A DNA stretch of 64,000 bases from Alphaproteobacteria bacterium (GTDB lineage Bacteria; Pseudomonadota; Alphaproteobacteria; UBA6615): positions 3,972-67,971 of the forward strand of contig SHVS01000011.1 in assembly GCA_009694135.1 (NCBI GenBank), in the 5' to 3' direction. This document shows, one piece after another, positions 45,631-53,876 of this stretch (the stretch's first letter is position 1; each line of letters opens with the position of its first letter). The notes beneath the pieces were generated by a model, which ran no database searches, had not been told where the DNA came from, and was given only the letters and a program-made list of their open reading frames with translations. Both the position numbers and the translations under genes were made by a program.

Positions 45631-46746
45631 GTGATCCGTGCCTATCTCGACTGCAACGCCACAACTCCGGTTCGTCCCGAAGTCATCGACGCGATCTCGG
45701 CCGCGCTTGTCCGTGCCGGCAATGCATCGTCGGTCCATGCCGCCGGCCGAGCCGCCCGTGCAGCGCTGGAGAACGCGCGCGCGCAGGTCGCCCAGCTGAT
45801 CGGGGCCAAGCCTTCGGGCGTGATCTTCACCAGCGGCGGCACCGAGGCGAATCATTTGGCGCTGTCGGGCGCTGCGCGCTCGCGCATTCTCGTCAGTTCG
45901 ATCGAGCATCCCTCCGTGCTTGAAGCCGTGCCCGATGCCGAGCGCGTTGCGGTCGATGGGCAGGGCGTTATCCGCCTCGATGCGCTTGATGCCGCGCTTG
46001 CCGGCGACAACCGTCCGGCGCTGGTGAGCGTCATGTTGGCCAATAACGAAACCGGCGTGATCCAGCCGGTGGCGGCAATAGCCGAAATCGCCCATCGTCA
46101 TGGTGCTTTGTTGCACAGCGACATCGTGCAAGCCGCCGGACGCATTCCGGTCAATCTTGGCGCGCTTGGCGCGGATCTGGTGACGCTTTCGGCGCATAAG
46201 CTGGGCGGGCCGCAGGGCGTGGGCGCGCTGATTCTTGCCGGCGAGCAGCTGTTGCAGCCGATGCTGCGCGGCGGCGGGCAGGAACGGCGGCGTCGTCCCG
46301 GCACCGAGAATCTGCCCGGCATTATTGGTTTTGGCGTCGCGGCCAAGAGTGCAGTCGCCATGCCCGATGCGGCGCGGCTGGAAGGCTTACGCGATGCGCT
46401 TGAACTCGGCGTACAGGCGATCGCGCCGGAAGCGGTTATCCATGGCGCGGGTGCCCCGCGCCTACCCAACACCAGCATGATCGGGCTTCCTGGCGCCGAA
46501 GCTGCGGTGCAGGTGATCGCGCTCGATCTCGATGGCGTCGCGGTCTCGGCCGGCGCGGCTTGTTCTAGCTCTCGGCAGGCGCCGAGCCACGTGCTGCAAG
46601 CCATGGGACTTTCTGCCACCATCGCGGGCGAGGCGATCCGCGTCAGCCTCGGCTGGACGACGACCGAGGCCGATATCGGGCGGTTCCTCGCTGCTTGGGG
46701 GCGGCTGGCGGAGCGCGCCAGGATTTTGCGCCAGGGGGCGGCATGA
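45631..46746 (+). CDS. cysteine desulfurase, IscS/NifS-like (copy 1)
   Basis: YLDCNATTP, FTSGGTEAN, ANNETG, SAHKLGGPQG, SAGAACSS. Confidence 0.9.
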   Translation: MIRAYLDCNATTPVRPEVIDAISAALVRAGNASSVHAAGRAARAALENARAQVAQLIGAKPSGVIFTSGGTEANHLALSGAARSRILVSSIEHPSVLEAVPDAERVAVDGQGVIRLDALDAALAGDNRPALVSVMLANNETGVIQPVAAIAEIAHRHGALLHSDIVQAAGRIPVNLGALGADLVTLSAHKLGGPQGVGALILAGEQLLQPMLRGGGQERRRRPGTENLPGIIGFGVAAKSAVAMPDAARLEGLRDALELGVQAIAPEAVIHGAGAPRLPNTSMIGLPGAEAAVQVIALDLDGVAVSAGAACSSSRQAPSHVLQAMGLSATIAGEAIRVSLGWTTTEADIGRFLAAWGRLAERARILRQGAA

Positions 46747-47924
46747 CCGAGCGCGCCAATGACACGCCCGGCGTGTACCTGGACTATCAGGCGACCACGC
46801 CGGTCGATCCGCGCGTGCTGGACGCCATGCTGCCGTGGTTTTCCGAGCGCTTCGGCAATCCGCATTCGGTGCAGCACGCCTATGGTCGGCAAGCGGAAGC
46901 GGCGGTCGAGCGCGCGCGCGAGCAAATCGCCGCGCTGCTCGGGGCCGAGGCGCGGGAGATCGTCTTCACCTCCGGCGCGACCGAGGCCAACAACCTGGCG
47001 GTCAAGGGCACGGCGCGTTTTTACAAGGAACGCGGCGATCACATCGTGACACTGGCGACCGAGCATAAATGCGTGCTCGAATCCTGCGCGCGGCTGGAGC
47101 GCGAAGGGTTCCGTGTCACGCGGCTTCCGGTCGAGGCCGATGGGCTTGTCTCTCTCTCTCGGCTTGAAGCTTCCCTGGACGACAAAACCCTGCTGGTCTC
47201 GGTCATGGCCGCGAATAACGAGATCGGGGTGCTGCAGCCCCTGGCCGAAATAGGCAAAATCACCCGCGCGCGCGGGATCGCCTTGCATACCGACGCCGCG
47301 CAAGCGGTGGGAAAAATCTCGCTCGATGTCGGGGCGACCAACATCGATTTGCTCAGCATCTCCGGCCATAAGCTCTATGCGCCGAAGGGCATCGGCGTGC
47401 TCTATGTCCGTCGCCGGCCGCGCGCGCGGCTCGAACCCTTGTTCGACGGCGGCGCGCAGGAGCGCGGCTTGCGTTCCGGCACCGTGCCGACGCCGCTGGT
47501 TGTCGGGCTGGGCGAGGCCTGCGCGATCGCCCGCGCCGAAATGGCGGCCGAAAGCGTGCGGATAAAGAGCTTGCGCGATCGTCTTCTCACGCGACTTGAA
47601 GTACGGGTGCCTGGCTTGCGCGTGAATGGATCGATGACGGGGCGGCTATCGGGCAACTTGAACCTGACCATTCCCGGCGTCGCGGCCATTGCGCTGATCG
47701 AGGCCACGCCGGAGCTTGCGTTCTCGACCGGCTCGGCGTGTTCCTCGGCCGAGGTCGAGCCGTCCTATGTGCTGCGGGCGCTTGGTCTCTCCGAGGCCGA
47801 TGCGCGCGCGAGCTTCCGCCTATGCGTCGGGCGCTTCAGTACTGAAAGCGAGCTCGATTTCGCCGCCGAGCGCTTAGCCTCGGCCGCCGAGCGTCTGCGC
47901 GCCAGCCCGGCCGCGGCGGAATAG
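46743..47924 (+). CDS. iscS: cysteine desulfurase IscS-like (copy 2)
   Basis: YLDYQATTP, FGNPHS, SGHKLYAPKG, RSGT, STGSACSS...PSYVL. Confidence 0.9.
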   Translation: MTERANDTPGVYLDYQATTPVDPRVLDAMLPWFSERFGNPHSVQHAYGRQAEAAVERAREQIAALLGAEAREIVFTSGATEANNLAVKGTARFYKERGDHIVTLATEHKCVLESCARLEREGFRVTRLPVEADGLVSLSRLEASLDDKTLLVSVMAANNEIGVLQPLAEIGKITRARGIALHTDAAQAVGKISLDVGATNIDLLSISGHKLYAPKGIGVLYVRRRPRARLEPLFDGGAQERGLRSGTVPTPLVVGLGEACAIARAEMAAESVRIKSLRDRLLTRLEVRVPGLRVNGSMTGRLSGNLNLTIPGVAAIALIEATPELAFSTGSACSSAEVEPSYVLRALGLSEADARASFRLCVGRFSTESELDFAAERLASAAERLRASPAAAE

Positions 47925-47975
47925 GGTGGTCGAGCCGGCCAGGCCTTTCTTCGTCGCATCCGATCGATTGACGGC

Positions 47976-48065
47976 TTGGCGAAGCCGTTCGAGTTCGTCC
48001 TTCGTCAGGTCGCAATCGCGAAGGATCTTCGAAGGCAATCCGGGCCTGATCGCCTCGCCGCCATA
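47976..48065 (-). pseudogene. 3' remnant of a HicA-like toxin gene
   Basis: Reads GGEAIRPGLPSKILRDCDLTKDELERL, resembling HicA C-termini; no N-terminal GSH part and no antitoxin seen. Confidence 0.5.
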
Positions 48066-48483
48066 TCGACTCCTCCCCGGGCACATATCTACCCCAGGCA
48101 ATCGGCGGCGTCACATTGGAAGCAAGCCCTCTGCGGTATCCCAGTGCGGAGAATGTTTCGAAATTGGGTCGTCTCGCCCAGCCAGTCTCCTTCCCGACGT
48201 TATTCTCCGCCCCGCCCTTCTACGCCCTCGGAAAACCCCAGGAACCGCGCGGCTTTCCGGCTGCGGCTCCGTAGGCCGCCTCCGGCCAAACGCCCATTTT
48301 TCTTCTCTCCGCGCCCTTTTTCTCCAAACCTCATGACTACGGGCAGAACCTACGGACTCAGGAAGTGGCTGATATTACTACATTGTTCGACGGATAATGG
48401 CATGCGGAGTTGGAGAATTGATTGGGTGCCGAAAGGTCCAGCAAAACAGTCTCATTGATACCGATAGGCCTTTCCGGCGCGGA

Positions 48484-48798
48484 TGAGCGTGTCCTTCTCG
48501 TCTTTGGTCAAATGCGGCCGGCGCGTCTCGACCAGCGTCGCGTCGACGATCTGCCCGCCCATCGCCAGATGGCCCTTGTCGCGTAGCGCCGCGTCGAAGC
48601 GGGCGAACAGCCGATCACAGGCGCCGGTGCGCACCAGTTGCTCGGGGAACAGCCAGATCGTCTTCGTGCCGGCACCGCTTCGAGCAGCGCAAACGCCAGA
48701 AAGCGCATGAAGGAGAGCCGGTCGCGGATCTGGTATTCGATCTGGTCGTTGGACAGCGTGTAGAGTGTCTGCAGCACCAGCACGTTGAACATCAGCAC
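48484..48798 (-). pseudogene. truncated, frameshifted IS5-family (DUF772-type) transposase fragment
   Basis: VLMFNVLVLQTLYTLSNDQIEYQIRDRLSFMRFL, then in another frame LFARFDAALRDKGHLAMGGQIVDAT; no TIRs seen. Confidence 0.85.
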
Positions 48799-48975
48799 AA
48801 ATCGTTTGCTAGCATCGTTCGGCTTTCGGTAGTGTGGCAGGGTTCGCCGCACGCACCAAGGTGACACAGGTTTCAGTCTTCACCGGGCAAGGAATCCAAC
48901 GCATTGCCGCGGCCCAAAATGGGCGGAGGCGACGGGCAAGCCCGGTGCGGTGCACAGCAAGGGAGGATACGTCCG

Positions 48976-50754
48976 ATGCAACGCAAATTCACGAGTCGAT
49001 CCGTGGCCGGAACGGTCGCTGGCGGGATCGCCGGCTTGATCGTGGCTTTTTCCGCCAGCGCGCAGCAGGTCACGTACGATCGCCTGCTCAACGCCGACAA
49101 GGAGCCGCAGAACTGGATCACCCATAACCAGAATTACGCCGGCCAACGCTATTCGCGGCTCGACCAGATCAACAAGGCGAATGTGGCTAATCTCAAATTT
49201 GCGTTCGCGACGCAGATGGAGGCGATGGCATTCCGCCCGAACGGCGGCAACGGAGAGTTGGAGGCGACCCCGCTGGTGGACGGCGGGTTCATGTATTTCA
49301 CCGACGGCTGGGGCAAGGTTTACAAAGTCGATGTGCGCTCTGGAAAGCGCGGCACGATCACCTGGAAGTTTGACCCCAAGGTCAACCCCGAGTTCCCGTG
49401 GGGCTCGCTGCATCACCGCGGCGTCGCCTTGCTCGGCGACCGCGTGTTCACCATTACCAACGATGGCCGGATCATCGCACTCAACAAAGACACGGGCGAG
49501 CTGGTTTACGAAAAAGACCATCACTTGGCCCCTGGCGAGTACTTCACCGTGGCTCCGCTAGCCGTTAAGGACATGATGGTGTGGGGTGCCGCCGGCGGCG
49601 AGACCGGCAGCCGTGACTGGATGATTGCGACCAATGCCGCCACGGGCGCGCTTGCTTGGCGCACCTATAATATTCCGGGCCCAGGTGAGCCCGGACACGA
49701 AACCTGGGCAGACACCTGGAACGCCTATTTGGTTGGTGGCGGCTCGATCTGGGTGACCGGAGTGTTCGATCCGGCTGCCAACACGACAATCTGGGGCGTC
49801 GGCAACCCGTCGCCCGACTACGATCCGGAATATCGTCCGGGTGATAACCTCTACACCAATAGCGCCGTCGCCTTTGACGTCGATACGGGAAAGATCAAGT
49901 GGTACTTCCAGTATACCCCGAACGACTCCTGGGATTTCGACGAGGTCGGCAGCCACATCCTAATCGATATCGAGATCGACGGACAGCCGCGCAAGGTGGT
50001 CTCGCACATCGCGCGGAATGGCTTCTACTACACGCTCGACCGCAATACCGGCAACTTCATCAACGGCGCGCAGTACATAAAGAGCCTCACCTGGTCCAAG
50101 GGTCTTGACCCCAAGACTGGGAAGCCGCTCGAATACGACCCCAAGCTCAAGGTTCAGGTCTACGTTCCTGCGGCTCGCATCGGCCGCACCAGCGGCAAGA
50201 TCGCGATGTGCCCGCGCATCAACGGGGGCAGCAACTGGGAACCACAAGCCTATAGCCCGCTGACCGGCATGATCTACGGCACCGCGCGCGAAGGTTGCGG
50301 CACGATAGAAAATACGAACATGACGACGCAGGTTGAGCAGGGAAAAGCCAAGGCCGGCGTCGGCGGTTGGGGCGGCGGAACGGCGCGGGCGGATGCAACC
50401 ACTGGCAGCGTGTTCGGCATCGACGTCAAGACCGGCCAGACCAAAATCAAGCGCGAGACGCCATTCGCAAATATTTCAGGCGTGCTCGCAACCGCCGGCG
50501 GGTTGGTGTTCAATGGCGAGCTCGACGGTAATTTTGTCGCGCTCGACGACCGGACGCTGCAAGTCCTGTGGAGCGTCAACCTCGGCACGATGCTGGAAGC
50601 GCCCGCGATCAGCTACGCTGTGGAGGGCAAGCAATACATTGCGGTGCTGGCGGGCGGCCAATACGGCCGCAAGGGCTACTACACCGATGGAGCCAATCCG
50701 GCGCTCGGCAAGAATATGGAGATGGGGCGGACGCTGTTCGTGTTCACTCTCTAA
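48976..50754 (+). CDS. periplasmic PQQ-dependent dehydrogenase (beta-propeller, alcohol-dehydrogenase-like)
   Basis: Signal peptide (SASA-Q), RYSRLDQIN..NV.NL, EATPLV, GGETG, WGVGNP.P, RPGDNLYTNS, WYFQYTPND.WDFD, GVLATAGGLVF; GGGAGG RBS. Confidence 0.88.
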   Translation: MQRKFTSRSVAGTVAGGIAGLIVAFSASAQQVTYDRLLNADKEPQNWITHNQNYAGQRYSRLDQINKANVANLKFAFATQMEAMAFRPNGGNGELEATPLVDGGFMYFTDGWGKVYKVDVRSGKRGTITWKFDPKVNPEFPWGSLHHRGVALLGDRVFTITNDGRIIALNKDTGELVYEKDHHLAPGEYFTVAPLAVKDMMVWGAAGGETGSRDWMIATNAATGALAWRTYNIPGPGEPGHETWADTWNAYLVGGGSIWVTGVFDPAANTTIWGVGNPSPDYDPEYRPGDNLYTNSAVAFDVDTGKIKWYFQYTPNDSWDFDEVGSHILIDIEIDGQPRKVVSHIARNGFYYTLDRNTGNFINGAQYIKSLTWSKGLDPKTGKPLEYDPKLKVQVYVPAARIGRTSGKIAMCPRINGGSNWEPQAYSPLTGMIYGTAREGCGTIENTNMTTQVEQGKAKAGVGGWGGGTARADATTGSVFGIDVKTGQTKIKRETPFANISGVLATAGGLVFNGELDGNFVALDDRTLQVLWSVNLGTMLEAPAISYAVEGKQYIAVLAGGQYGRKGYYTDGANPALGKNMEMGRTLFVFTL

Positions 50755-50789
50755 CGATCGGCTGCTTTTCGACGGGTTTGCTCAATGAC

Positions 50790-50821
50790 AAGGGGGGCAC
50801 GGCAGGTCCGCGCCCCCCTTT
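50790..50821. terminator. putative bidirectional intrinsic terminator between the PQQ dehydrogenase and cytochrome c genes
   Basis: AAGGGGGGCACGG-CAGGT-CCGCGCCCCCCTTT hairpin between convergent genes. Confidence 0.65.
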
Positions 50822-50838
50822 CATACCAGGACCGCCCG

Positions 50839-51378
50839 CTAGCGATAGGGCACGCAGGCTATGCTATTCGGCGAGTAGAACTCCTCGCATTCGGCCAGGG
50901 TGATCAGACCGCGGTTCGTGATCTTGGCGAGCACATAGTCGACGATGAGTTCGATCTCCCGACGGCGCTGTGGAAAGGCGCTCGGTTTCGGCTTGTCGCC
51001 GCCGAGTTCCTCGCCGATCAGGCCGTAACAGCGCTTGTCGGTGTACGCAAATTCATCGAAATGCGGCATTTCCGTCGCCGGGCGTCCGCATTGTACGACC
51101 TCGATGATTTGTTCGCGCGCGAGCTTGGTTTCGCGCAGATTGGCGGCTTTGCCTGGCGAGAAGGGATCGCCTTGTCCATTGCCCGACCAGCCATGGCAGT
51201 AGGCACAGTTAGCCTCTTTGAAGGCCCGCCGCGCGGCATTGACGTTCAGCTCGCCAGGTTGCTGCGCGAACGCCGCTACCACCGTCAGAATTGCGGCAAG
51301 CACACCGGCCACGCCGACGGCCCGCCGGAGCATCTGGGTAGGCCGAAGCGTTTGCGCAGTCCAATTGGCTCTATCCAT
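50839..51378 (-). CDS. periplasmic monoheme cytochrome c with four extra cysteines
   Basis: GAGAGGA RBS, signal-like hydrophobic stretch, CAYCH, candidate distal Met (EMPHF), extra Cys in QCGRP, RCYG, ECEEF, ACVP. Confidence 0.85.
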   Translation of the reverse strand: MDRANWTAQTLRPTQMLRRAVGVAGVLAAILTVVAAFAQQPGELNVNAARRAFKEANCAYCHGWSGNGQGDPFSPGKAANLRETKLAREQIIEVVQCGRPATEMPHFDEFAYTDKRCYGLIGEELGGDKPKPSAFPQRRREIELIVDYVLAKITNRGLITLAECEEFYSPNSIACVPYR

Positions 51379-51454
51379 GCTGCGTATCCTCTCAATTACC
51401 CGGCCGAATGTTAAGGCAACGGGGCTACGCATTGCCAGCGCAAAGGCGGCCCTA

Positions 51455-52295
51455 GGCTCCGGACTCATAACCAGTAGCTGACGGTGGCGGCGAGGCAGAC
51501 GGCGGCGAGGAAGTTTCGCGCCAGGCGGTCGTAGCGCGTGGCGATCCGGCGAAAGTCCTTGAGGCGGCTGAACATGCGCTCGATCGCGTTGCGGTCGCGA
51601 TAGAGAAACGGCGAGCAGCAGTTCTTCCAGCGCCGGTTGGCCTTTGGCGGGATGTTCGGCGCGACGCCCTTGCTCTCGATCTTGCGGCGCACGGCGTCGC
51701 TGTCATAACCCTTGTCGCCGTGCAGGATCGAGGTCGCGGGCATCTGCTCCAGCAGCGTGTCGGCCGCGATGCAGTCCGCCACCTGGCCGCCGGTGAGTAG
51801 AAAGGCGAACGGGCGGCAGCGGCCATCGCTCAGCGCATGGATCTTCGTGGTCCGTCCGCCGCGCGAGCGGCCAATGGCTTGCGTGAGCTCCCCCCTTTTC
51901 CCGCCCGAGGCGCAGCGATGAGCCTTCACCGCCGAGGAGTCGATCAGGACCTCGGCCGGCGGGCCGCCCGCTGCTGCGAGGGCGTTGAAAATCTCGGTCC
52001 AGACGCTTTTCGCCGCCCAGCGCACGAAGCGATTGTAGAGCGTCTTGCGCGGGCCGTAGACGGCGGGCGCATCGACCCAGCGTCCGCCGGATTTCGGCCC
52101 ATGAATGATGCCGCTGATGACGCGGCGGTCGTCGACTCGCGGCTTGCCGCGCGTATCGGTCGGCAGATGCGGCGCAAGCCTTGCGAACTGATCCTCGCTC
52201 AGCCAGAACATGTCGTTCATCGCCGCGCTCCCACAGTTTGGGAGCGTGAATCACAACGCGCCGCGTCGGCTCAAGCGATTCATGGGTCCGGAGCC
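51455..52295 (-). mobile_element. IS5-family element (IS427-group-like), 841 bp
   Basis: 16-bp imperfect TIRs GGCTCCGGACTCATAA / GGCTCCGGACCCATGA (2 mismatches); TA flanks at 51453-54 and 52296-97. Confidence 0.92.
51465..52220 (-). CDS. IS5-family DDE transposase (single ORF)
   Basis: FWLSEDQF, PRVDDRRVISGI, YGPRKTLYNRF.RW, IDSSAVKAH, GRSRGGRTTKIH, GDKGYDSD, RNAIER.F.RLKDFRRIATRYD. Confidence 0.93.
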   Translation of the reverse strand: MNDMFWLSEDQFARLAPHLPTDTRGKPRVDDRRVISGIIHGPKSGGRWVDAPAVYGPRKTLYNRFVRWAAKSVWTEIFNALAAAGGPPAEVLIDSSAVKAHRCASGGKRGELTQAIGRSRGGRTTKIHALSDGRCRPFAFLLTGGQVADCIAADTLLEQMPATSILHGDKGYDSDAVRRKIESKGVAPNIPPKANRRWKNCCSPFLYRDRNAIERMFSRLKDFRRIATRYDRLARNFLAAVCLAATVSYWL

Positions 52296-52363
52296 TAATC
52301 ACGCCGCCATGGATGCCAGCCAAAGCGCGGCGTGCTAGGTTGAATTGTTTGAGGAGATTACCG

Positions 52364-53092
52364 ATGCTCGGTCGAAAAATTGCCGCCGCCACCGTTTTGT
52401 TGGCCGCATTCTCCGCGTGCGCTCTGGCCGCGGAGGAGCACGATGCATTCCGGCAATACGGCGTGTGGGATTTGCGGCTCGGCATGGCACTGGCGGAGAT
52501 CGACGCCGACGCCTTTGTCGACCTTGCCTGCGGCACGAATGGCGGTCCACCGTCACGCGCTCTGCCGCGGCTCGAAGCGTTCCGCGCCTGCCCGCCCGAA
52601 GCGTCGGGCTGGCGCGAGGTCTTTCTCCGTTACGACGACCAGGTGGAGTATCGCGCGCGCGCGCTCGACCGGCCCGACGCCGTCGAGCGTTTCTCCGGCA
52701 CGCGCGTGCTCGCCCATCCGGTCATTCTGTCCATCCTCCTCGATGACCAGAGCCGCCTCGCCGGAATCCGTTTTGTCAGCGATCCGCGCGCCGAAGATAC
52801 GAAACGCTTGAGCGCTTATCTCCTCGGGCATCAGATCATGGCGCGCTTCGGGCCCGAGGACTGGGCCTGCGCTGATACCGCTCCCGCGGACGGCGAGCAA
52901 CCGCTCGGCGGATTGTTTGAGAATCGTCGCTGCGACAAGCTCACTCCGGCGGCGGCGCTGCACATCGAGACCCGTTTTTTCCACCGGCCGGGGCAAACGC
53001 TGCTCGATCCGCACACGCGCGAGCCGCGCGGCGGGCAGTTCGAAAGCTGGGCGCGCGTGGAAATTATTTGGGCACCCGCGGCTGGCCGATAG
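52364..53092 (+). CDS. hypothetical secreted protein with four mature-chain cysteines
   Basis: GAGGAG RBS, signal peptide (ALA-AE), LACGTNGGPP..C, W.C...RC; no family recognised. Confidence 0.75.
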   Translation: MLGRKIAAATVLLAAFSACALAAEEHDAFRQYGVWDLRLGMALAEIDADAFVDLACGTNGGPPSRALPRLEAFRACPPEASGWREVFLRYDDQVEYRARALDRPDAVERFSGTRVLAHPVILSILLDDQSRLAGIRFVSDPRAEDTKRLSAYLLGHQIMARFGPEDWACADTAPADGEQPLGGLFENRRCDKLTPAAALHIETRFFHRPGQTLLDPHTREPRGGQFESWARVEIIWAPAAGR

Positions 53093-53096
53093 CGAG

Positions 53097-53876
53097 CTAC
53101 TGGCGCAGCGTCCCATCCGGCATCACCGTGTCGCGGAAGATGGCGCCTTCAAGTTTGGCCCCGCTCCAGATCGCAAACAGAAGTCGAGCGCCGGAGAAAT
53201 CGGCGCCGGTCAAGTCCGCTTCCGTCAGATCGGCGCCCATGAAGTCGCTGTTAACCAGCTTGGCGCGGGTCAAATCCGCGCCGCGCAGCTTTGCGCCCAG
53301 GAGGTCAGACCGCTCGATCGTCGCCTCGGACAGACGCGCGAGACGCAAATTGGCGTCGTTGAGGCGAACCTCGCGCAGGCTAGCCCGGGTCAGATCGGCG
53401 CCCGCCATAACCGCATTGCGCAGGTCGGCCTGGTCGAGAACCGCCGCGGATAACCGGGCTTGCGAAAGTACAACATGGCCAGCGTAGGCGCCGGTGAGAT
53501 CGGCCCCGGTCAGGTTTGCCCCGCCGATATCGGCCTCGTAAAGCATGGCTCCGGCCAGCGTGGCGCCGGCAAGATTGGCGCGCTTCAAGTCTGTTCTATT
53601 CATATCCGTGTCACTGAGATTCGCACCGGACAAATTTGCCCCTGCCAGATTTGCCCTGAAGAGATCGGCGCCCACCAGCCACGCACCGGCGAGGTTGGCC
53701 CCCGCCAGGTCGAAGCGCTTCAGCTTGGCTCCGGTGAGGTCGCAGCCGGGGCAGTCCCGAGTCCGCCCGGCGAGAAACTCTGCGCGCGAATCGGCCTGCG
53801 CGGGAAGTGAGACAAACATCGCCGCCGCCAGCACCGCCGCCAGCCGCCGACCCATCCGTGCGTTGGCGTGGGCCAT
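53097..53876 (-). CDS. secreted pentapeptide-repeat protein with N-terminal CPGC
   Basis: Signal peptide (AQA-D), RDCPGCDL, long run of A(D/N)Lxx repeats, C-terminal MPDG. Confidence 0.93.
   Translation of the reverse strand: MAHANARMGRRLAAVLAAAMFVSLPAQADSRAEFLAGRTRDCPGCDLTGAKLKRFDLAGANLAGAWLVGADLFRANLAGANLSGANLSDTDMNRTDLKRANLAGATLAGAMLYEADIGGANLTGADLTGAYAGHVVLSQARLSAAVLDQADLRNAVMAGADLTRASLREVRLNDANLRLARLSEATIERSDLLGAKLRGADLTRAKLVNSDFMGADLTEADLTGADFSGARLLFAIWSGAKLEGAIFRDTVMPDGTLRQ

Noticed and set aside
48150..48190. tRNA 3' fragment (TTCGAA...CCA) as an att site
   Set aside because: No T-arm stem or cloverleaf could be formed, and no duplicate was seen at the other end of the block.
53097..53760. 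Periodic repeats as a possible CRISPR array or non-coding repeat
   Set aside because: The ~15-nt periodicity is explained by pentapeptide-repeat coding; there are no identical repeats with unique spacers and no cas genes.
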